From NCBI GenBank assembly GCA_004764695.1, contig SMSO01000032.1, forward strand, positions 1,984,001-2,048,000: a DNA stretch of 64,000 bases, read 5' to 3'. A model generated the notes under the pieces. That model had not been told where the DNA came from. It made no database searches and saw only the letters and a program-made list of their open reading frames with translations. The translations under genes were made by a program, and so were the position numbers. Position 1 is the stretch's first letter, and each line of letters begins with the position of its first letter. Source of the DNA: Schizochytrium sp. TIO01 (lineage: Eukaryota; Protista; Bigyra: Labyrinthulomycetes). Below, one piece after another: positions 12,981 through 23,299 of the stretch.

Positions 12981-14561
12981 TTACAAGGGCAAAGTTACAT
13001 CAACAATGCTAGCCAGGCGGGAATTCTCTTCTTCAAGACCTACGACAAAGAAAAGAACCGCAAAGTAGTGACAAGTCGCCCCAATCAGCACAAATATATG
13101 CCAGATAGCATGCCCAATAGGATGTTTGATTTTTTCCAAGAGGAAGAAAATAATCCCGGCAGTATAAGCCAAGCCTCCGTAAAGTAGCAGCTCAACAGCC
13201 CCAGGGCTGATATGAGTCTGTACGTCCTCCCAAGCAATTCCGATCATCCAACCCATACCGAGATACAATGACAGTTCTATGGGCATCATGAATGGAACTT
13301 TGACACGGTGATGAACAATGCATAGAACAATGCCAATGAAAGCAAGAATCCACTCACCTAAGGCCATCATCCACCCATACGGGTGCTTCTCAAGGCTCAC
13401 AACACAAAATGGAAGGTACGTTCCCGCGATGAGAAAGTAGATTGCTGTGTGGTCAACTAGAGACAGCACGGAAGACAAGCGTCGGTTCAGAAAGGCTGCA
13501 TGCAAGAGTGTGGAGCTTACAAAGAGAAGAATAAGGCAGGCACAGTACACCAAACATGCATAGAATGTCCTTCGGCTTTGGTGTTCTGCAGTGGCATGAT
13601 ACATCATTACCACAGTGCCAACGATTGACATCATAACCCCAATGCCATGTGTAAGAGCATTCAAAACCTCTTCAAATACGTTATTACCTCCGTCATGAAT
13701 TTCATAGGCAATACCAGATTTAGCATGCATTTTTTTCATGGCATCATGCAAGACTTGGACTTGGGAGAAACCGAGCTGGTCGTTTGTAATATCCAAAAGT
13801 GTTAAGCGAGGAAGCTTGGTGAGTAGTTCTGCAAGATCAGCCTGAGGAAGTGCAGGTGCAATGCCTGGGTTGTAGGAGATGTTGAGAGATTCAAGGCTTG
13901 GGCAGTCGTACAAGCCAGTGATTATTTCTCGTGCACCAAATTGACTAAGCTTCATGCGGGAAATATCCACGTGCTTAAGATTTTTGCACTCACGTAAGAG
14001 AAAACCTATAACACGAGCATTTGCATCCGTAAGATGTGTAGGGACGTCTGCATGGCGTACACGGAGAGTCTCTAGCCGATCACGCAGTTGAGGTCTGTTC
14101 ATGGTCACCGCCGAGGTGGGGGTGTCAAGCTCTGAGGCTTTCCTTTCTTCACGGACAAGAAGCAAAAGAGGAAGCAAAGGGTGCGAGTTGGATGCTTTAA
14201 TGTAAGTCCAATCTGTTGCAAGACTGGTCAGGACAGATGGGTCTACCTCACATGCACAACTCTTGCACATTGCTACATAAGGATGGAATGATTGAGCCGA
14301 CATGCTCTCCATACCTCCTAGTACAGATACGCCGCGACTGCGTGGTTGAATATCAAATTCCTTCTGGTATTCTGTGGCCTTGCCTTCCAGTGAATTTGAA
14401 GATGTCGATAGAGGCGCTCCCTCAAAAACTCCAGAGTCAGCATCATTCCCATTATCTCCTTGATCATCGGTCACATCTTCGCTTGAATCCGCAAGGTTTT
14501 GTAACTCCTTAGAGATCGCAGCTCGTTTCATCTTGGTACTACTTCGTGTTTCTCGACGCAT
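12981..14561 (-). CDS. RNI-like leucine-rich repeats fused to a hemolysin-III/PAQR 7-TM domain (526 aa)
   Basis: PAQR/HlyIII motifs EEVLNALTH, SSTLLH, DHTAIYFLIAGTY and HAIWHIFVL. LRR units LKHVDISRMKL, LESLNISYNP and LTLLDITNDQL. Confidence 0.9.
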   Translation of the reverse strand: MRRETRSSTKMKRAAISKELQNLADSSEDVTDDQGDNGNDADSGVFEGAPLSTSSNSLEGKATEYQKEFDIQPRSRGVSVLGGMESMSAQSFHPYVAMCKSCACEVDPSVLTSLATDWTYIKASNSHPLLPLLLLVREERKASELDTPTSAVTMNRPQLRDRLETLRVRHADVPTHLTDANARVIGFLLRECKNLKHVDISRMKLSQFGAREIITGLYDCPSLESLNISYNPGIAPALPQADLAELLTKLPRLTLLDITNDQLGFSQVQVLHDAMKKMHAKSGIAYEIHDGGNNVFEEVLNALTHGIGVMMSIVGTVVMMYHATAEHQSRRTFYACLVYCACLILLFVSSTLLHAAFLNRRLSSVLSLVDHTAIYFLIAGTYLPFCVVSLEKHPYGWMMALGEWILAFIGIVLCIVHHRVKVPFMMPIELSLYLGMGWMIGIAWEDVQTHISPGAVELLLYGGLAYTAGIIFFLLEKIKHPIGHAIWHIFVLIGATCHYFAVLFFVVGLEEENSRLASIVDVTLPL

Positions 14562-16184
14562 CGAGCGATAGGTCTAAATCAAGGTTCTAAGGTACTTTAC
14601 GATATTTGGAAAAATAAGACGGTATTTTACTCTGTATCAGAGTAACTTAGCAATACTCGTGAGGAGAAACGCAACGTGAGAGAGTCTACTGATGACAACG
14701 TAGTATGAATCTCTTCTACTCTTTACTACTCAGCATAAAGGCTTTAAACAAACTTTGATAGTGTTGCCCTGAGAATCCACAGGATACCGATGTGTGCCTC
14801 ACACTGTTGCCCCTTGACTGAAGCTGCTTGCACCTAGTAGATTTTGATCAGGAGTCAAACCGACAAGGTGTTGGGCTCTTATCTACGACTCCTGGTTAGG
14901 TTTCACGAGCAGGTCTGCGCCAGCCTGCAGAGTCACAAACCTGGAAGGAATGGATGACTCGGAATTATCACCTTTACCTTCTATCGTCAGTTCACGATCA
15001 TACTACGAACGCAATTATAGTACCTATACATACCTACTATGCAGTAACATATGTAATAGATGCAACTAGCCCGCCTATTTCTCATCAAGACTTGGATTGA
15101 CAGCTTAGCAGTAGCCACAAAATATCTTAATAGATAGCTCTTATGTCACAGACTCCGAAGCATTCCGTGATACCTTCCACACGAGTTGCACTTAAAATGG
15201 GAAATAGCTGTAATGATACTTCTTGTTTTCACAACAAAAAACTTAAACACACATATACTCGTAAGGTATATATATATATATGTGCGTGCACCAACTCATG
15301 AATAGATGAACACCACCTAAGCCTATGTACTTAGTATTATCTGAACGACTAGTTATTACTTGATAGGAGTTAGTGGGAATGGCTAATAAGAAAAAATTCT
15401 CTCTCACCAGTTAGAGGTAAGTAGTACCTACCCAGTACCCTTACTTGTTGGTTTATCACAAGTTCATAAATATTAGTATAAATGGAAAATTCTATTTAGG
15501 CAGGTGGCAGTAGTTAGAAAATACTTCTAGCAATCTATCTATTTGAATTTATAAATACAAGCCAGAACATAGCATGCATGAAAGGTGTGAGTTTTTGTCT
15601 TTTCATAACTCTACTCTCATTCACCTGAGAACTATATGCTTCAGAATCAATGAGTTGACTAACATTCTTTTCTGAAATTGCTCATGGAGCCGTATTTTTA
15701 GTGCTCAATATTATTACTAGGTGATTAAGTACTACTCGGTATATGCTGCTAGATTTTAGTAAGAAAACATGTACTGCTAATTATCAAGTTGAAGACTGAG
15801 TTCGGTCTTTCACGACACTACAACTCGCATTTGTGTTTCAAGTAAGGCATTCCTGAAAGGAGATATTGTATATATTAATTTCCAGGAACTTGTCTTGAAG
15901 TCTCCTAACGAAAATTCGGCTAAGTCAATTTATATTACTCTGCAATAGTGCAATTTTAAGACTTCTACGTTTTGCAGGTCCAAATCGTTAGTCGTAGCTC
16001 GAAACCTAGGACGAAGAGCTGAGATAGCTAGACTAGAAGAGATGTGAAACCTGAATCTATGGCTCTAATAATACAAAACATACAAACTCGTAAAGAAATT
16101 CATGTTATCGATGAGACAGAATATCAAAATATCCTTATTCATCACCTAGATAATTAGCACCGAACTAAGTTCCGGCCTCAGCAC

Positions 16185-17463
16185 TCATGAATCAAGGAAG
16201 CCGTCCTTCTTACAATAAACCTTCTTCCCAGTTACCAGCTCCAGATATCGCAGACGAGCCTTAAATTCTTCAATCGCGGCCCCATAAAGCTGACTATCCT
16301 CAAAAATAAATGAATCCAACTTTCGCATCTGTGCTTGGGTGACATCGCTCAGAGAGTGTGGGGGGACACCGTGCAATTCGTGAGGTGGTTCTGGCCTCTT
16401 GACTCCTGAATCGCAATCGCAGTAACGTGGGAGAGTGTGGTGATACTGATATTCCCACATGCAGACAGATTCATGGAAGTACTCAGAGATACCAACAAAC
16501 CAGGTTTTTTTCATTCTTTTGATTGAAAGATCTACATCTGGCATTAGTAGCTGCCGCTCAAAGATACTGTGTAGCCTGTCCCAGGATCCATGACAAAGAA
16601 ATGCACGAGTCTGCATAGATTTTGGGTGGTAGCATCCGTAGTATCCCTTCGACTGGGTCCAACTAGAATCAAAGTGGTCGAGCCATTTGTCTAGATTTTT
16701 CATTGTAGCTTGGTAGCCAAGATCAATTTTGCGTTGGAGATTATCCAATTCAACTTGCGTTTGGGCTCGCATCGATGCGTCTTCTCCAAGACTCTTTATT
16801 TTGCGTTCAAGAGTTTCCTTTTCTTTCAAGAGATTTACCAGTGCTCCGATAGGCATTGCTCGAGGAAATTTCTTGTTTTCACTACCGATGTTATCCCATC
16901 CATTATCACATTGGAAATATTGAGATAAAATATGGTGTCGTGGCTCTCGTAGAAAAGTGGCGTGGTAGTTATTCTCCTCAGGAAAGACTTTTTGATATTG
17001 TGTCCCCTGCAAACAATCTTCATTCCATATTTTCAATTCTTCTCTCGGTACCTGCCGTCCAACTGTGCTCATAAAGGCAGTGACTGCAGTTTTAGGAATA
17101 TGCATTAGGATGAAGCCCTCATGGCCCCGCCTCGACTCAGGTATAAGTCGAAATTTTTTGACAGGCAAACTATTGCTTGTGAAGTTGCTACCAGCTGAAG
17201 AGCCAAGTATTGCAGCTGATTCCTTTCGCAGGATCAGGTCCTCGGATCTTTGGTGTTGGCGATGATGTTGGTGTTGGCGATGATGTTGGTGTTGGCGATG
17301 ATGTTGGTGTTAGCTTTACAGTGAAGTTGTTTATCTCACTAGATTTCGACTGAGAATGCTCGACGAAGAGGCAAGAAGGGTAATCCCAGGAGCGCCCAAT
17401 CCAGAATGTGATAAGATTGCTGGATATGATAGAAAAGATTAGTAAAAGAAGCGAATTTTTCAT
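16185..17463 (-). CDS. Type II membrane sulfotransferase-family protein (ST1), interrupted by a 1-nt frameshift or short intron near 17216-17339
   Basis: ATG at 17463 gives signal anchor MKNSLLLLIFSIISSNLITFWIGRS and a TPTSSP stalk. The catalytic part is in a different frame, with 5'-PSB-like MHIPKTAVT and 3'-PB-like FLREPRHHILSQY. Clearly paralogous to 23300-25012. Total span is 1279 nt = 3n+1. Confidence 0.8.
17251..17311 (-). repeat. 18-bp tandem repeat x3 encoding TPTSSP (mucin-like stalk)
   Basis: tggtgttggcgatgatgt repeated on the + strand. Confidence 0.9.
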
Positions 17464-18149
17464 CTTGGTAAACAGTCTGGCCTGTGTGACAAAGGAGAGA
17501 AGGGAGAAAACCACGTTTCGCAAATTACGCACGGCTTGCGACTGTCTTGTCCTACAAGCTATATGTCTCCCGAGGCGAAGCGACCAGTCGATAAGTCCTT
17601 GCAAGCTTGCTAGAACAGCTTCGAGTGAATCAGCCGGAGCCCAAAACAGCAGAATCACCACTCCCTAAAGCTTTCTGGTGTCAATATCTACAATACCCTT
17701 TTATTACTTGTACCCAAGCTTGCCCCCGCCCGCCCCCTGTTTTACCACGCCCAAGTTGCTCAAGCGACGCTGGTGGCCGGTCACTGCCTGCTGTTGCTTG
17801 ATTGTTGCTTCAGTATCCCATGTATCGTTAACAATTCGTCCTTTCGTTATTTGTTATTGGTATGCTTTACCTACCTCCTGTTAGAATGGTCACTTCTACC
17901 CAGACCATGACGTTAAATCGCTGGTTTAAACTGTATTGTTTTACATTCGTTTCAAGTTAAAACAAAGCTTAGAGAGTGCCGCAACCCAGGAGTTCTACGT
18001 TGTTTGCGGTTAAGTAAGACAGCGGCAGCTGGAGCTGCTTCTGGCCGAGGAGCGAGCCTTCATGCCGCTTGGAGGCCGCCCTTGGTCTTGATACACACCT
18101 CCTGCTCATCGTGACTGAGTTCTGATGTGCAGAGCAGGCACATTCTCGC

Positions 18150-18688
18150 AGAAACAAACAAACAAACAAACAAACAAACACCCCCCTTCACAGCACCTGC
18201 TTGCCCCTCTTCTCCAATCCTCGTCTGCCTGCCAAGCAAGGCCTGGGAAACCATCGTAGCCTCACCGTATCCACGCACATGGGACAGCCGCGAGGACAGC
18301 AGCCCAAGGCTGTGCCATTTACTCTTCAACTCTCTCGCAGTGAGTGAACGAGTGAACGAATGAGTGAATGAGTGAGTGAATATTCAGAATGCGTGAATAT
18401 TATTTCCAGCAAGTACTGGAACGAGACAGCCTCAGCGTGGGTGAATTCACAAACAATCGATCTCTCTCCTGCTAAGCGCCCCTAGCGGTATCGCCTAGGC
18501 GGCCGGTACTTGTGACTTCGTCCACGGTTCAAGGCGGCGTCGGCAGAAGGTTCAGTCCGCGAAGTGCTCTTCGGCTGTCCTCTCCCACTCCCACCCACCC
18601 GCCATGCCATGCGCCATGCCAGCCACTCCAAGAAGCCCATCTGCACGCTCCAGGTCGGCAGCTCGCTCGCTTGTTCGCTTGCTTCAAG

Positions 18689-18721
<33 letters not shown>

Positions 18722-18740
18722 CGCTTGCTCGCTTGCTCGC
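18150..18740. repeat. Microsatellite cluster: (AAAC)n at ~18152-18180, (GTGA)-like at ~18339-18380, (GCTT)/(GCTC)n at ~18660-18740
   Basis: Directly visible. Explains several spurious ORFs here. Confidence 0.85.
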
Positions 18741-19217
18741 ATCTGTTGTTTGTCTTGAGTGGCTCTCTGTCAGAGGTCGCGCGTTCTTTTGTTCTATGCG
18801 AACTCGGCTGCATGATGGCGGGGGAAAACCCTCTTTGGAACAGCCTTTTTGGTAGTTCCCCAACAAGGTATGAAGAAGGAAGGGACCGCGCTTTGTAGAG
18901 AGGCACACTTTTAGGCTAGGAGTTTACTCTGAAACAGACGGTATGTAGGGAATAGTAGCAGCAGTAGCAGTAGCAGAGCCCTACTGTCTGTTTGTTTGTG
19001 AACTGTAAAGAAATTAAAAATAGAATAAAATCAGTATGCAGCTTTTTAGTGCTCAAGACAAACCACGCTATCGAGCGTTGCTATATTAAACTCGAACTCA
19101 GGCTACACACTGAGAGTTCTTTCAGGTTGTTGAAGGACCCGAGTGTTCTTGTGCTTTTCTTTTGAAAGATAACATAACAAAAACCGTTGGTAGTAGTAGT
19201 AGTCTGTAAGACATAGC

Positions 19218-19352
19218 GAGAATATCGAGAACATAGAGAACATAGAGAATATCGAGAACATAGAGAACATAGAGAACATAGAGAATATAGAGAACATAGA
19301 GAATATCGAGAACAGAGAGAACAGCGAGAACAGCGAGAACAGCGAGAACAGC
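19218..19352. repeat. 9-bp minisatellite GAGAAYAKM, 15 copies
   Basis: gagaatatc/gagaacata/gagaacagc units over 135 nt. Confidence 0.95.
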
Positions 19353-20245
19353 AATCGAACCAGTCTGAGATGAAACTACGTACAAGTCGAAGCACTGCCG
19401 TTGAATCATGATCTTGAATCATGATCTTGAAATCAGCACATGTGGTTTTCTCAAGTAAAGGGATTGACATACATACATAACTTCTGTTATTCGCTGACTG
19501 CGCAGGTACCTAGCTAGCTAGGCACTAGAGCAAACAAACAAAGCAATCCTTGGTACAAGCGATAGAGGCTGTTAGCAGGAACTTTATGGTTTGCATCAGA
19601 TTGATTTATGGATGGGTGTTTCCAGTTCTTGTCGAAGCCAGTCCTGCCACACGCAAAGCAAGCTGTTTGCTTTTAGAGCTTTGTTTCGCAATTCATTCGC
19701 GCTGTCGACTCTCGCATTGGCAGGCAGTCTTGTTTTTGATGCTACTCTCTAGAGCTAGAAAACCAGACGTTAGCCAGGTAGATAGATACATACCATATCG
19801 TCACTAGAGGCTTCAACTGCCTTGCGAATAGTTCAACTGCTTGGTGAGGGAGTTGGCGAACGAATGACTCGAGTCGAAAAGCTCCTTAAGGAAGAGAACT
19901 AACTATCTAGCTACCGGGTACTGACTGCCGTGTGAGGAATTCATGTCCATGAATAGGAGAGAATGACGCTGACAAGGACTTGGACCCAGGCGTACTAAGC
20001 TTGTGGAGGCAGTGAGGAAAGCGGCGCTCAGAAAAGCGTTTGATCACCTCAAAGTTTGGCTCGTGAACAGTAGATTTGTCAGCGAGTCGGTTAGTGAGTC
20101 GGTTAATCTTTTATAGATGAGTCTGGCAGACCGAAAAAAGGAGACTGGTGAGCGTCACTTGTAGAACAGGCCGCTGTGTAGGGTTCGAGTGGCCAAACCT
20201 GCATTCGCTCTTGCATGCTGGCAGGGTGGGTATTGCTGTGACACC

Positions 20246-22507
20246 ATGACTAGGTTCCTTGCACTTGCTTTGTATGTCTTGGCCTTGTTAGTAGTTTTAA
20301 GTCTGGACACAGCACATGCTGCAAGTAGCGTTGGGAAAAACAAGACCCTAGCTCCTTTGGCGTATGAACCATTTAACTTGGGCCAAATCTTTGCAAAAGG
20401 TTGGATGCTTGCTCAACTTGAGGCGCAACACTATGGGCTCGTTGGCAACAAGTGGCTTGGCGGTGAGCAAGTGGGTGTAAAACACATTGATGCATCTGAC
20501 TGGCTCGGTTCAAAAGAACGATTCAATGGACTTTCCGAAGCATATCCGTATTGGGTAAACGGTGCTTGGCCTCTGGCAGTGCTCACAAATGACAAAACTC
20601 TTCAGGATGAAATAAAAAGTCACTTTGCATATATTTTTGACCAACAAGTAAAGAACGGAAAGCTTGGACCCAAATCCCAAACGAATCCATGGTGCACGTT
20701 TCGATTTCTCGTCGTTTTGACGCAATACATTGATGTTACCGGAGACCAGCAAGCTGTACGAAGCATGTTCGATTTTTCTTTTCAGCTGACTAAGTGGCTA
20801 AACGCAGCTCCACTTGATCAGCATCTATGGGCTTATGTGCGCTGGACGGAGATCCTCGAGGCCTACCAATGGCTACTCAACTCGAAATACGCAGATATGG
20901 GTTCAGATGCAGAAATATCTGCCATTGACGAGCTTTTTAAGCTGGCCAGAAGCACAGGCTTCGATTGGCCTACTTGGCTTGAAAGTGACGCCCAGCATCC
21001 GTTTACCAAAGACGTTGAGCACGGGTGGCTTCCCGACAATACTGAGGATGCAGATATCATGGGCTCGGACAAGCTAAAACCACACCTGGACCGCCAGTGG
21101 TCTCATGGTGTCAATGTCGCACAAGCGAGTATGATATGGGCATTGCTTTACAGAGAAACTGGAGATAGAACATACTTGACGCGTGGTCGCGCGGCTTGGG
21201 AGAAGTTGTACAAATTCCATGGCACCTCGTTGCATACATGGACTTCAGACGAAACCCTTTCTGGTCGCGGGCCGAACCGCGGTACAGAGACATGTGTTGT
21301 GGTTGAGATGATGCACTCTGCTGCACAAATGTTTCTACACTCTGGAGACCCATGGTATCTTGACCGAGCAGAGCGTATTGCTTACAATGGTCTTCCAGGT
21401 GCATTTTTTAATGGGACCATGTGGGCGCTGAACTATTACCAGCAAACGAACAAAATCGATGCCATGGATGGAGAGCCAAAATGCGAAAGGGGGGCTCAAT
21501 ACGGTTTTGGTATGGTTTTTGAATGCTGCGTTACAAATCATGGCCAAGGCTGGCCAAAGTTTGTCGCATCCCAGTGGGCTTTCAGCGGAAAATCCAATAC
21601 CTCAACTCTAGCACTATTGCAGTACTTTCCAAGTGAGATGAAAGGTCCCATAGTACTTCGAGATGGAACTAAGATCAAGACTATAGAAGTCAAGACCCAA
21701 TACCCTTTCAAAGAAAACATTCATATCAGGGTCCAGGAGGCATCCAAAAACTTTGATATGGAGGTCCGCGTGCCAGGATGGTGCAAGAACTGCACAGCTG
21801 AGATTGCAAATGAGACTCATTCATTAGAAGCTGGATCAATGTACTCCATACCTATACCTGCTGGAGATAGTGACATTACTCTTACATTTCCACTGCAAAT
21901 ACGCGTTGAGAGGCGCGAACCATATAAGGTGAGCCCTGAGCAAACTCTGAATGCACGATCAGTAAATGTTGTACGTGGTCCATTGGTCTTTGCTCTTCCG
22001 ATTAAATATGTCTTTGATCACGGAGCTTCTTGGGACACTTCAGCTGATCTGATGCCTATTGGCTTTCCCCATGCACAAAATAATTATCTACTCACTAATG
22101 GAACATGGCGCGTTGCTCTAGTTGAAGATATATCGGGCGACGCTTTAAAGTCTGTGCAGGTGCATTTACATGAGGATATAGATGATCTTTTCAGTAAGAT
22201 CCCGCTTGGTCAGGGGCCCTTTACAGAGATGTTTTCACCTATTCAACTGAGCATGAAAGCTGCGATCTTAAATATAGAAGATTGGCCCAACGTCGCAAAG
22301 GGTAAGCGAGGTAACGCAATAACTTGTTTACGCGGTAGCACGTCCTTACCCGAATACACTACAGGCTGGGCAGGTTTACCTCCTGTAAGCCCCGTGGATG
22401 CTCGCAATAAGCCACTTAAAACTATCGTGCTTATTCCGTATGGCGCTACGGATCTTCGCATATCTGAGTTTCCTACTGCTGCCAATACTAGAATGCAGAA
22501 TACTTAA
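20246..22507 (+). CDS. Secreted GH127-type (DUF1680, beta-L-arabinofuranosidase-like) cysteine glycosidase (~753 aa)
   Basis: ATG at 20246 gives signal peptide MTRFLALALYVLALLVVLSLDTAHA. Motifs PYWVNG, HGVNVAQA, GTETCVVVE, LDRAERIAYNGLPG, ECCVTNHGQGWPKF, TQYPF, RVPGWC, RGPLVFAL and C-terminal LIPYGATDLRISEFP. The ETC and CC Zn/nucleophile residues known from GH127 are present. Confidence 0.9.
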   Translation: MTRFLALALYVLALLVVLSLDTAHAASSVGKNKTLAPLAYEPFNLGQIFAKGWMLAQLEAQHYGLVGNKWLGGEQVGVKHIDASDWLGSKERFNGLSEAYPYWVNGAWPLAVLTNDKTLQDEIKSHFAYIFDQQVKNGKLGPKSQTNPWCTFRFLVVLTQYIDVTGDQQAVRSMFDFSFQLTKWLNAAPLDQHLWAYVRWTEILEAYQWLLNSKYADMGSDAEISAIDELFKLARSTGFDWPTWLESDAQHPFTKDVEHGWLPDNTEDADIMGSDKLKPHLDRQWSHGVNVAQASMIWALLYRETGDRTYLTRGRAAWEKLYKFHGTSLHTWTSDETLSGRGPNRGTETCVVVEMMHSAAQMFLHSGDPWYLDRAERIAYNGLPGAFFNGTMWALNYYQQTNKIDAMDGEPKCERGAQYGFGMVFECCVTNHGQGWPKFVASQWAFSGKSNTSTLALLQYFPSEMKGPIVLRDGTKIKTIEVKTQYPFKENIHIRVQEASKNFDMEVRVPGWCKNCTAEIANETHSLEAGSMYSIPIPAGDSDITLTFPLQIRVERREPYKVSPEQTLNARSVNVVRGPLVFALPIKYVFDHGASWDTSADLMPIGFPHAQNNYLLTNGTWRVALVEDISGDALKSVQVHLHEDIDDLFSKIPLGQGPFTEMFSPIQLSMKAAILNIEDWPNVAKGKRGNAITCLRGSTSLPEYTTGWAGLPPVSPVDARNKPLKTIVLIPYGATDLRISEFPTAANTRMQNT

Positions 22508-23299
22508 TCATAATTTTAGTTTAGTTTTTGAAGGGCAGAGAACTCAAAAGATTCCATTAGCACATTATCACATTATGTTCAGCACTAACAATACACAACG
22601 TTGTTTCCGAGGAAGCATTGGTGTTTCTTCAGTCTTTATCTAACTGAAAAGCGAAGGCACAGCAAAAAGATGAGAGTAGTGACAGCGCTTCATAATATAT
22701 GAAGGCTCCAGGAAGGTATGTTTTCCCTGTACATCACCTGAAGTGCAGCAAAATAAAGGTCATCCTGACGGTGGAAACTGAAACACCTCTAAATAAGTGT
22801 TATGCCTCCTATATAGCTCTCAGGGAAGGGGACTTTAACGAGATGAACCAATATACTTGCGAAATAACTCAAGGCCGTAATAATTTTCAAGCTGGGAGTG
22901 AAAGAGAATTTGAATTAGCTAGACCTTAACAATAGGGACAACCTTGGCAAGGAAATATTGTGGCGACGAGTGGTGATTGCCTCCCAGATAGTAAGTGCGT
23001 GCTATCTCTAAGAAACACAACGTGTAGGCAAATTGGGGACCCCTTGCAACTGCCCCAATTATTCAATGAAATATAATTGTGTCGGCTATGCTATAATGAA
23101 ACATAATGAGTTGAACATCTAAGGATGAAACAACCTCCATGTTCCAATAACTGATTATAAAGCTCTATTATATATACAAACAAAATTGAATTTCAAAACA
23201 CAGCGCTAAGCAGCTGCCTCATTTTGTCTTCGACTTAGACTTTACTAGAAACACAAAATAAATAGATATGTTATAAGTACCTTCCCAAGAAAGATTGCT

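Noticed and set aside
19081-19470. Cys-rich or hydrophobic repeat ORFs; possible CRISPR-like array
   Set aside because: A head-to-tail 9-bp minisatellite with no unique spacers and no cas genes.
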